From Nymphaea colorata (Eukaryota), in the NCBI RefSeq assembly GCF_008831285.2, contig NC_045138.2, forward strand, positions 41,540,001-41,604,000: a DNA stretch of 64,000 nt, in the 5' to 3' direction. Numbering within the stretch: position 1 is the stretch's first letter; the number at the start of each line of letters is the position of its first letter. The position numbers and the translations under genes were made by a program. Under the pieces are notes generated by a model, which was given only the letters and a program-made list of their open reading frames with translations, did no database searches and had not been told where the DNA came from. Below, piece after piece: positions 1-11,072 of this stretch.

Positions 1-3000
1 ACCGAGACACCCACATGGATAGCAGCAAAACTGGCCGAAACAGTCCTTTTAGCTAGCCATATGCAATGGTGAAAGAAGACAGGACCTGAGTCATGAGGAA
101 GACTATTTGGTGGCATGTAGCTTAATGCAGATGAAGGCGAGAACTATGGTTGGGGAGAACGTAAGATGCTGAACTTCTCAGGACACTTTACAACCATTTT
201 TGTTCATAAAATAAGGAAAAAAGGGAACAAACAGATGAAATTAATGACCAAGCTAGATTCGGCTTTTACACAGTTACGACGGTGATTCATCAATCTTTTT
301 CGATGATGGATTGTCCTTGTTTGGGCATTCTTGTTTCACACAATTTCTTCTGGAGATTTCAACACAAAATTTTTTCTGTCGATAGTCTTTTTCAACTTCA
401 GATATCAGGCATTGTCATGCTTAAGGATGATCCAAGTTAATCATAGTAGCTGGAACAAAATACAAGATCAACGAGCTTATTACAGGTATAATTAATGGAA
501 TTGCTTCCGGTTTCTGCACAAGTTTGGGCATTTAGATGTGAATTGCATTGTTTGACAGTAACCTTTCAGCAGTTCATGCAAAATACATGGAATATATAAA
601 ATTTGAGTTAAGAAGATGAGTCAGAAATTAAACCAGAATGGGGAAGAAATTACAGCATTTGATAGACCCCTGGTTTACGAAACGTCATCAAGCATTCCGC
701 ACGAGTTGATTCTTATCAAGCTTCCTATTTCTACACGCCAAAATTTTATTATGAAACTTACTCTACTGATAAGCTACTCTGTATCCTCCAGCGCTGGTCT
801 ATGCATTTACTAAATAAGAAACGGAAACAAGATATCATCTCACCACTTGTTCACAGTTGCATGGTTAATACTGTTGACTTACCCTTCAGTATCGCACTTC
901 TCTGATGTCAAACTTCTAATCAAAGACTGCCAAGTTACTTACGCTGAAAGGGAATTCATAATAGTGGCATTTGGTTCAGAAAACTGTGAGCAACATGTAC
1001 CAATCTGTAGACAGTTCAGGCTTGTTGCAGCACTGAACGAAGAAATACTTATCGAATGATTTTCCTCTTCTAGATATAATGAAACCCTTTGTTGAAATCA
1101 CTACCCATAACCATATCCATGTAATGTATATTGAATAATAAATCAAGAAAGCGATTGACCATGATATAGCTTGGTCATTTTTGTTTTCCTGGAATTTGTC
1201 CACCTGCCTAGCGAAGTTGCCAAAATTTTAGCTACAAAAGAACTAGGTGATACCATGCAACCTCCTACGTAACAGAAAATTCCAGGTTCCACATAATAAC
1301 AAATAGCGAGGTTCGGCATCAGCATTACTTTTACAAGATTATTCATCATTAAGGATATCCAACTCACCAAGTTAGATATAAGCACTATACAAAATCCTAA
1401 CAAAGTATGCAACAGCAGGATTTGATTTTCTTTTATTCTCCTGCATAAACAAAAACTCCAAGGACTCCAAGATATTGTTACTTTAACAAATTGACCACCT
1501 CATAAGTAGGAAATGATCGGTGGCACCCGAGACCCCAAGATATTAGATATCATTACCAACAGTTATCTGTTACACGCAAGATATTGTCAACGCAACACGA
1601 ATAAAGAAAACAACGCATGCAGCAGCAGCAAGTGGTGCAGCAGTAGAAACTGCTGTTCACCAGAAAAAGAAGATCTGTAGAATCTCCATAACAAGATAAA
1701 TGCATTGCAGACATCGTATTCTAACTTGTCCAGCACAATCATCTGCATTTTTCACGGTAAAAGCATAAAATGAGTATTTGAAATAGCAAAAACAGTTTGT
1801 AAGTTTGAAATCGAACGCATACAATAATAATAGTTATAATTTATAAACTACGTAAAGCTTTTGGCTCATTTTCTTCTTATGCAGAACAAATTTTTAGTAG
1901 CAAACAGATTGATCTATTCCAAGAAAGGGAAGCATGATTCCGCCCGCGATGCACTCAATGACTCTGAGGCTTTTGGCAACGTCGATTCTTCCGCAGCAAT
2001 GAACTCGACGACGAACTTTTGCTTCTTCCTCCTGATTGATACTTCGGGTTCCTCCTCTGACCTATCCATGTGGCCGCGATGAAATGATTGAGGAACACCA
2101 AGATCTGCATTCGCACCTGACACTCAGAACCGAGCATAAGGGGAATCGGGAGAGAATGCCGTTCACGACTACTTTCGGAGAGAGGGCGGCGTTAAGGCCC
2201 AGAAGTTCTCACTTCTTCCTCATCCCCGTATTCCTCGCTTGCCCTCCTTCCCCTCTTGTTCTCACTCTCCCTCGTCGCCATTCTATTTCTTCTTTGTGTT
2301 TCTTGGTTGCCATGATCTTGGCTTCCTGTGTTCTTCTTCCATTATCATCCTTCCTGGCTCCTCCTTTTCCGAAATTGGAGCGATACCTCCTTTGCCCCAA
2401 CACAATCGACTGGATTGCGGCTTTGGCCGGGGAAAGAATTTTTCAGGGTCACCATCAAATAATAAATTAGAATTATCTTGCTTTCAGTTATACCTTATTC
2501 AACCAACATGCCTTCAAGTTCAAAAAGTTAGCAATAGATATTTGAACTTCAAACCAATCCAAATATATGAGTTCACATTATTTATATTAGAAGGTTAGTT
2601 TGATGCACAAAGAACTTCTTGTAAAATGAATTTGATACACTCAGTATTTTAAGTTTAGCAACTTATATAATTTTTTTTTGTTCAGTATCTGGTAAAATTT
2701 TATTTTTCAATTATACTTCAATTCTTCCTTAAATGAATGACAAAACTGTTTTCTTATCTAAAGTGGATAGTTTTCATTCTTGTATAACATCGCCTCTAAG
2801 GGCTATCCATTTTGAAAGTGGATTTTCTTAAATATTAACATTAAAATCGTTTTTTCAAGTCAAGAAGAAGTGAGGCATAAATCTGTAAAATTCAAAATAG
2901 AGAAAATGAAAATGAGAACTGCCTAGCTTGGAAAGTTAAGTGTTTGGCTTCCTTATTTTTCGCTTCTGTACCTAACTTTAACATCCAGTGGAATTGCGAA

Positions 3001-3378
3001 TTTGTTCCTTTCAAAACTTAAAAAATAATTATAACTTGTTTACAGAAAAAGGAAAGCTAGACGTGCAGATGGATCAAACGGTCGAGCAAGCAACCAGACG
3101 ACCAATTTGCCTAGCTCCTACTAGCATAATTCAGGTCAGGTTAGTCACCCTCTATGTCAGAAACAGAAGAACTTTCATAAACTTTCAGACTTTCATAAAA
3201 CATGAACATCATTTACATGAGATATTCAGGTTGTCAGTTTCAAGAGTTAACGGCTTGTACATACTCCCAGGCAAGGGCCCAATACCATACGTTTCGAAGT
3301 TTCTATTGGAAACATGTTGATGTGATACACTAACTCGATGTCCTAAGTGGTTGTGTTTCCAAAGCCTTGACTAAACCC

Positions 3379-3428
3379 ACCTCTTGAAACAAACAAGGAC
3401 TCCAACCTCTTGAAACAAACAAGGACTT
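3379..3428. repeat. 26-bp tandem duplication
   Basis: ACCTCTTGAAACAAACAAGGACT occurs twice, 26 bp apart. Confidence 0.85.
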
Positions 3429-4089
3429 TGTCCGAGGCAGCTCCGATGTGTGGCCATGAAGTTATTAAGTATTCTACCGACGGTACGTGCTTCGCAGTCT
3501 GAAGAAAAATCTGAGCTGCAGTCAAGCAACTTTAGAAGCAGAAGCATGTTTTGTCCCCCTCTACAAAATGGGAAGTAATGGCATCACCAACGATCACGAC
3601 ATCTGGAGAAGCCCATGATGCTGAAGCAAAGCACCGCCATAAATATGTTCTGCAAATGGAAGGAATCATGTTTGTTAGTTGTCATAAGTATATAATTCTT
3701 ATCATGTAGAATACGTTAATAGCAACATTCACCTCAATGAAATGGTTTCTACACAGCATGAGAGAGTAGACAGTAACATTGAGATTGCCATCAAGAGGCA
3801 AGAAAAATAGACAAGCCATGAGAAGTGAGCAAACCAATGCGGTCCTCAATTCATCATGGAATACGAAATCAACAAATCATTAAGCACTGAGAATTGGAAA
3901 AAGGTCAGGAACCGATTAAGAAAACTATGCACTTGCCAACGGGTTAGGCTTTGGATGTCTGGAAAGCAGCCAGTGTTCAAATTCCACGGCACCACCCACG
4001 CAAGCCCAAGCAAAGTGTAACCAATACTCATGTCACGGTTTCATTGTATTGGAAATGAGGAAGAAAAAGAAAAACAAAACTATGAAATT

Positions 4090-4900
4090 ACATTTTTTCT
4101 CCTCTTTATATAAGAAAAGGGACCTCCTCGAAAAGCATGAAGCAGGGAGGAGCCCAACATGGACCAGTAAAGTCATGCCACCATAACACAGAAGAGCGTT
4201 TGATCAGTTCAATTGCCCTTAGCAGAGGCAAGTCCTAAACTCCTAATCTCCATAGTTGATTCAAGAGAGAAAAGAGGTCTGCAACAGCTTTATGACCCAA
4301 TGTTGTTCCTTGCCTTCATGTATCACAATGGCATGATATTGACAGGATCCATGAGATGCAGCTTTTGAACTTTCTCCAAACCGAAAACTGAGAACCAGCA
4401 CTGTAAAGCTTTTTTAGCATTTTCCACCCTAAAATTATTCCATGTTACTAGTGCCGATGTGATTGCACAGACAGTCCAAAAGTTTACTTCTCTAGACATT
4501 TCAAGACATTAGAACAAAAAGAAAAAATGAGCACTAGATGGAGTTACTCCAAGTCATCCAGAAGTCACATGTCAATTAGAGTTCTTGAGATGGCAGCTTC
4601 TGATATATAATAGCTGTGAAGGGCTTTTAATGGAAAATGCTTCTATCTCCGCTACTCTGGCTACGAAGAGCACAAAATCCCAAGTCCTACAATCAACAAT
4701 TCTTACATCTCTGTAATGACTACAAAGGCCTATCTGACATTCTTATAAACTAGATGGGAGAAGTACGCCTCCCAAACAAAGCAAGCATTTCTGCCTTTAA
4801 CACAGGCTGGGAACTTTTTGCATCATTCGCTGCTGTTTGATTCCAAACGAGGTTAAAGTGCCTTGACCTGATAACCGAAATAAAGTCTACCTCCAAGAAT
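4090..4900 (-). mobile_element. Possible degenerate LINE 3' remnant in the FRS 3'UTR intron
   Basis: Composition differs from the flanking intron, with an A-rich 3' end on the minus strand near 4092-4120 and an HFFF-like segment near 4520. No intact ORF. Confidence 0.25.
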
Positions 4901-5124
4901 GAAGACAAAGAAACTAAATGAGCGTCACTTACTCACTTCAGGCACATGCCTTCATGTTAGGTGCACCACAACAAGTTTTTGTCATACATATAAAATATAC
5001 CAACACAATAAAAAAAAATCTTAGATAGTCACAGGACATCAAACTATTCTGGAACCAGCAAGATATGATAATATGTTGAGTTGTTAACGCAACATCAGTT
5101 AACACAATATCTTATTTTTCCGCA

Positions 5125-5127
<3 letters not shown>

Positions 5128-5172
<45 letters not shown>
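5128..5172. repeat. (TA)n microsatellite
   Basis: Pure TA run; a second one lies at about 5656-5688. Confidence 0.95.
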
Positions 5173-5177
<5 letters not shown>

Positions 5178-5650
5178 GCGCCATTCACCTTGGTTTGTTC
5201 CGATATCATTTTGACCTTTATAGCAAGGCACACTTAGTGGATAGACTCTAACCATGTGATGGATAAACACAAGACAAAAAAAAAATACAAAACTGTCCCC
5301 ACTGAACCATTGAAACTAAAATCGAATAATCTGTAGTGGGAAGTGGAAACTTATCTGTATCTATCACTTATCGATTCAGCGCAGTCTTCCACAGCCTTTA
5401 CACCAGATAATAGCAGTCGTTCTCTAATGGGAGAAATAGAAATTGATATGAAAAACGCACAGCTATGAGTACCTCTACCATATTTTATAGTGAATTTCTA
5501 GATCCAGCCCATCAATGGATCCAAAAAAATATATCTGGTGTCCACACATATTTATTTGCCTACACTCTCGGAAATGGCAACTAGACCGAACCCAATTGAT
5601 CACAATTACAGGTTTACTCCTTAGATAGCATGTAATGCATAAATCTGTAA

Positions 5651-5693
<43 letters not shown>

Positions 5694-5872
5694 AGCATTA
5701 AAATTCAACATCATAATGTCAACATTTGGTTTAGCAAGCATATTAAACAGAGTCCAAATATGTAGTCAAGACAATTGTAAGCAAAGATTACTTTAGGAAA
5801 GTAAAATAAAACTATCCGAAACTTACCACCATGCAAGATTCACGTCTGATTAGACCTCCAATACTTACTACA

Positions 5873-8128
5873 TCAACGCTTCTTATTGGTTGGGCCCAGT
5901 TCACCAGATTTATGCCGTCCTCCCTTAGTGTGACCCTGCTGCCATGCCTTTGAAGGATCTCGTACAACATATGGATTCATGACAGGTGTTGTATTAACTC
6001 CAGGGTTCTTGATGCGTTTGCTTTTATTGGTAGTATCAGCATCACCAGCATTGTGTGATTTACCACCTTTTGCATAAGATTTACTTACATCTTCACCTAC
6101 AGCGAGGATCTTATCCATAAGATCTGTCATTCCTTTAACTGCAAGCTCATATCTATCTGCAGACAGTGAACCCTCTTCCACAAGATGAATAAACCGCTGG
6201 TACAAGTCATCATATCCTTGAAGTGCATCAGTTGGCATCACACTATTAGAGCGAGTATGCAATGCATGAATGCGCTTGAAGTCCTTTCTCCAACGTGTAA
6301 TAATATAACGATTTGGGATCTCATTCACACCCAGATGGTTAAGAACATACAACACATGCCTGCAGAGGATGCCTTTATACTGAAACAAACGACAAATGCA
6401 TTGAAATTCAATCTCAGCCTCATTGGACAGGACTTCATAATCCTTGACACCGGTCATATTGCCATGCTTGTCAAAAATGCGTTCTTTGAGTGTATAGATT
6501 GCAAGCTGAGCACCTGTCCTGGTATGTTCAATATTATAGCAGTTGAAAGTGCCATATATCTCCTCCTGGAACTGCATAAACACTGCTCCTGTATACACTT
6601 TTGCAAGTTGGCTTTCACAATAAAGCCGAGTCTTCATAATTGGTATTGTGTCGTATGATTCAAAATCAGCCTGCGCTTCTCTCTCATAGCTACTCTTAAC
6701 AGCAACTTCGTACTTTTCAATGAACTCCTTCAAAGTTGTTTTCTGTTGCACATAACCATCAAAAAAAGTGGTGACACTTTCCCCACGTTGGATGATGGAC
6801 ATTCCTGCATAGAATGTATCTTTTACAAAAACTGGCACCCATTGATGGCGAAGTTCATACAATGAACTGAGCCACTGATTATGTTCAAGTTGGAAGTCTT
6901 CAGTAAACTTTCCCCAAGAACTTTCAAATTCATCAATTCTGATGCTATCATAAACTGCTTTCTTTAAAGCTTTTTTGATAGCCTTATAATCAGCTAAACC
7001 TTCCAAATTTGATGGGATTTTCTTCATGATATGCCACAAACATAGGCGATGTCGAGCTGCAGGAAAAACTTCACGAATTGCTACTTGTATAGACTGAGAA
7101 TAGTCAGAAATAATTGCATTTGGAGGTCGTCCAGACATACAATTCAACCATGATCTAAATAGCCAAATATGTGTTTCTATTGTGTCATCTGCAAGTAAAC
7201 CACATCCTAGCAATACAGATTGTCCATGGTGGTTTGCTCCAACAAACGAAACTAAAGGCATTTCGTAACTATCTGTGAGATATGTTGTGTCAAATGTAAT
7301 TACATCTCCAAAGTACTCGTATGCTGCCCTGGACCTAACATCTGACCAAAACACATTCCTCAGTCGTCCTTCAGCATCAAAGTCCATCAAGTAGTAAAAG
7401 CCTTTGTTCATGGACTGCATGTGCTTGAAGAACCATTGAATCGCAATTGCATCACCCTCCTTAAGCTTTAAATGCTTTCTTGCTTGCTCCTGGCCATAAG
7501 ATAAATGCGCATGCCCTTCTGCTTCTACGGCTGATGGGTCGAAGGAATTATTCACTTTATTTCCTGTACCATAGTTTAATTTATTCTCCTTCTTACCTCC
7601 AGATTCTAGGCGCTTGTGTGATCTATAAAATCGTGCCATATGTGGAGAACATACGTGGTTGTGTGGAAGATGGAGATCAGTCACTACCCACTTCCTTGAA
7701 GAATTTTGCTTGACAACCCGCATCCTCGCCATACAACCAATTCTGGTAATTGGTTTCGAAAAGGTGGTTATCTTCCTTGTTGGTTTAAAACCTTCCTTGT
7801 TGCAGCATATAACCACACGGTTAGTCTCATTAGTGACCTTTGAACGGCTTGTGCATTTTATTCTGGTTCCGAAACCAACATGCCTAGCATAGGTATTGTA
7901 GAATTGCTCTGCTTCTTTATAACTATCAAAAGTCATCCCAAGTGCTGGTTCAAGAAATGGTGCTTGGTTGATATCTCCACTGGTTGAAAGAAGCTCCTTG
8001 TACATGGGCTCTAACGTCATACCATCTTGGGCAGCTTCAACTGTACCAGGGTCCATGCTAGAGGGCATGGGGATGGAAGTATTTGGCTCTCCTTCAACAG
8101 CAACGGTGCCCGTGCTACTAGGTTCCAT
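5873..8128 (-). CDS. FAR1-related sequence (FRS) protein, Mutator/MULE transposase-derived transcription factor, about 751 aa, single coding exon
   Basis: Uninterrupted ORF. The track starts at a TTG at 8152; the first ATG is at 8128 (MEPSSTG...). It has the FAR1 N-terminal Zn domain (VICCNKEG...RIGCMARMRV...WVV...HNH), the MULE core (NVFWSD, ITFDTTY, GANHHGQS, IISD, HRLCLWHI, RGES) and a SWIM finger (CICRLFQYKGILCRH). Predicted 5'UTR intron has its donor near 8802 (G|GTAAGA) and acceptor near 8207 (TGTAG|). Confidence 0.93.
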   Translation of the reverse strand: MEPSSTGTVAVEGEPNTSIPMPSSMDPGTVEAAQDGMTLEPMYKELLSTSGDINQAPFLEPALGMTFDSYKEAEQFYNTYARHVGFGTRIKCTSRSKVTNETNRVVICCNKEGFKPTRKITTFSKPITRIGCMARMRVVKQNSSRKWVVTDLHLPHNHVCSPHMARFYRSHKRLESGGKKENKLNYGTGNKVNNSFDPSAVEAEGHAHLSYGQEQARKHLKLKEGDAIAIQWFFKHMQSMNKGFYYLMDFDAEGRLRNVFWSDVRSRAAYEYFGDVITFDTTYLTDSYEMPLVSFVGANHHGQSVLLGCGLLADDTIETHIWLFRSWLNCMSGRPPNAIISDYSQSIQVAIREVFPAARHRLCLWHIMKKIPSNLEGLADYKAIKKALKKAVYDSIRIDEFESSWGKFTEDFQLEHNQWLSSLYELRHQWVPVFVKDTFYAGMSIIQRGESVTTFFDGYVQQKTTLKEFIEKYEVAVKSSYEREAQADFESYDTIPIMKTRLYCESQLAKVYTGAVFMQFQEEIYGTFNCYNIEHTRTGAQLAIYTLKERIFDKHGNMTGVKDYEVLSNEAEIEFQCICRLFQYKGILCRHVLYVLNHLGVNEIPNRYIITRWRKDFKRIHALHTRSNSVMPTDALQGYDDLYQRFIHLVEEGSLSADRYELAVKGMTDLMDKILAVGEDVSKSYAKGGKSHNAGDADTTNKSKRIKNPGVNTTPVMNPYVVRDPSKAWQQGHTKGGRHKSGELGPTNKKR

Positions 8129-8861
8129 AATGAGAGTTTCTTCTATGTACAAATCAGGCCTAAGAATTCAACGGTTTAGCGACAGCATGTTCTTTGAACA
8201 GCAGACCTACATCATACAGCAAATATGTAATTTCCAAAACAACCTCACAACCAAAAAAAAAATGGACAGAGAAGAAGAGAATATGAAGCTGGATGAAGAA
8301 CATGATGCATACTTGGACAAGCAACAGGAAAAGCATCGAACTCCAATAGATAAGGGCAGAGGAAGTTGCTTAGAATGGGCCAAGTATCCCAAAACGTGAG
8401 AAATTTTGAAAAAAAAAAAAAAAAAAAAAAACAACAACCATGACTCACAAGAAATACCCTAAAAACAATTACATGCATATAACTTATACCGTTGACAACC
8501 CCAAAAAAAAACACACAAATTTTGAGTCTCGGTAACCAAGAGAAACACACAAGAGAAACGTATCTAAAGAAAGAAATGCGAACAAATGAACGGGAATGAC
8601 TGTAAAATCTAACACCTGGACACAAGAACTCAGAAGAAAAAATTCACAAAGGAAGCCCAAAAACAAATAAAACTTCAAAGCACTTGCAACAATAAACCAC
8701 GAAATTAACAAAAGAAAGAAAAAAACACGCCCAGATACGATTTACCGTTTAAACCCTAAAAAGAAACTACCACAAAGAATAAGAAATGCATCTAGATCTT
8801 ACCGAAGCGAAGGACGCCGTCGAACCCAGGGACAGCGAGAAGCCCCCTCGCCCCAGACACG

Positions 8862-8862
<1 letters not shown>

Positions 8863-8906
<44 letters not shown>
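8863..8906. repeat. Compound (CA)n(GA)n microsatellite at the FRS 5' end
   Basis: Reads (CT)n(GT)n on the transcribed strand, just upstream of the predicted 5'UTR intron donor. Typical of a plant 5'UTR/GAGA element. Confidence 0.85.
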
Positions 8907-8908
<2 letters not shown>

Positions 8909-8909
8909 C

Positions 8910-11072
8910 CTTACAGAGGTGACAGCCTAGAAAGAAATGAAGATCAAGCCATCGGTCCCAACGCTGCCACAAATACAAGTTGGGGATCTTTTCGTCATTG
9001 AAGAAGATTCACGGGACATTATTTGGAAAATCTGCATACGAGCCTTAGTCGTGGCAGCCTATTAGGAAGCCGAGTCTGCGAGGGTTACCGTTATGGATGT
9101 AGGAATAAAACCATTGAGTGGCTTGATTTTAACATGCACCAAAATGGTTTCACTTGACCTCCCTCTTCGCCGCTCTCTTCCGCCATGGCGTTGATCTACT
9201 AGACGAGCGCACTTTAAGAACAAGCCAACCGGCTGAAACTAATGCTCCATTCTACGGCCCTACTTAACTTGTTTAAGTGGTTGCCCAGAAGACTTTGTCA
9301 TGTTAATATCTATCTTCTACGACTTTAGGTATGTTTATTTTATGAATATATCTAAGTCAGGTTAAATTTTATATGAACAATTTACTTGTAGAGGCATTGG
9401 CTTTTATGAAATAGGATGACGATTCATAATTTGGATAATAAAAGTACATTTTTATGTGAAAGTAATATAGATAAGACGTAAGATATTTATCTGAAATGAT
9501 ATAGTACATGATAGTTGAATACGAGCATAGAACTATATGACACAATCAACAAACATAGTTCGAATGAGAAAGCATACACAATTAACAAACATAGTTTGAA
9601 TGAATATGATGTTAACAATTTTGAAGAAGACCTAAATGCCCCACATTTTCCTTGTCTTTAAGGCATTGAGCTCCGTTGAAACGTTGGTGGGCTACCATAC
9701 ACCTTTCAATTTGAATGACTAATTGTATGTTTGACCTAATATAAGTATAACATAATAGAAATTCACAATGCAATATTTATTTGGCTATTTATTGGCAGAG
9801 CTCAAGTAAAGTTACTTGATTTATTTGGCTCTTCATTGTTGAGTTAGATTGGACTTCACAAAAGGTTTCTTTGATCGCCTTCCCATGAAAGTAAACCAAA
9901 CACGACCTTCGTAAATGAGTTCAATCCTAAAAGGAAGTGTTTGCACCGACTAAAGTCCACTCGTTTATAAATGTACTTTACATTTTGAAAGTGATTAAAT
10001 AAATAAAAAAAACCAAGACTGCATGTTTTTAGTGAAATTTGAAGAACCAACCAAAGGCACATATAGTTCCAGTCTCTCTAGTGGCACATTTTCAAGGGAG
10101 TGAGATATTTTACGATTCACCATCCAAAAAAGAGCTCAAAGGCTATAAGTTGGCATCGATGATAGCAGTGGTATACCCTTTAATTTTTAAGTAGTGCATT
10201 ACTATTTAAGATGTACTGACATGGCATCCGTAAAATTATAATATGCTATAAGTTGGCATCGATGATAGCAGTGGTATACCCTTTAATTTTTAAGTATTGC
10301 ATTACTATTTAAGATGTACTGACGTAGCATCCGTAAAATTATAATACGCTATTTTATGCATCTCTAACTCGACCAATCACGTTAGCTCTTACCTGATTTA
10401 ACCAGAACTTCAACTTCAAAGCTCATTAAACGACTGGACAAACAAGATACTTGTTTTTCTATTGCGTTAAGAAGACTTTCCTCATATTTGATACCATCAA
10501 CACATAGACCATAGGCATCACTTAAAACGTCAATCTAAATTTCGATTTCATTCTAAATATTGACTTTGTGTAGCTTCGGTTTGCTTATTTAAATAAAAAA
10601 TCACAGAGCCGCTTCGATTTCAAGCTCTTTATTCCAATTGTTGAGCTTAACTGAACATTCTCTTGTTTGCAGTTCCCAACGATTGGTAAAATCCATAATC
10701 TTTCCTAATGATCGGAAAAATCAGATGATCAGTAGGAAAACACGGATTTGCGAGTCGTAACGTATAAGAAAATCACGAGGGGAAGAAAACAACGTAGAAG
10801 TCTGCGATGTTTCATCTTAGCGCCGTTCTCTGGATGCTTATCTCAGCCGGATTCCTAGAAAGTTTTTTAACCGCTGCGCTTCCGGTTGAGATCAAACTAG
10901 TCGAAGAAAACCAACGAACGAAAAGGGTCGCGTAATTCTTACGGAAGGATGGCGAGGAGAGAGGCGTCGGGGGGTTGCCAAAAGGCAGAGGCGGAACTAT
11001 CAAACATAAGAAAGTCACCATGAAGGGGACGACCACCGCCAGAATCACGGCAGTGCGGGAAGGTTTGGAGGG
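8910..11072. promoter_or_regulatory. Divergent (head-to-head) promoter region of FRS (-) and ATG18b (+)
   Basis: Gene orientations and GC-richer proximal segments at both ends. Exact transcription start sites are not determinable from sequence. Confidence 0.55.
10142..10347. repeat. Tandem duplication, 2 x 103 bp, in the FRS/ATG18b intergenic region
   Basis: 10142-10244 and 10245-10347 differ at 4 positions. GCTAT recurs at the junctions. Confidence 0.93.

Noticed and set aside
621..692. Minus-strand C box (TGATGA) and D box (CTGA) about 70 nt apart, suggesting a C/D snoRNA
   Set aside because: No convincing terminal stem and no rRNA/snRNA complementarity I could recognise; such motifs are frequent by chance.
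6185..7892. Several plus-strand ORFs (77-157 aa) opposite the FRS gene
   Set aside because: Antisense shadows of the FRS coding sequence.
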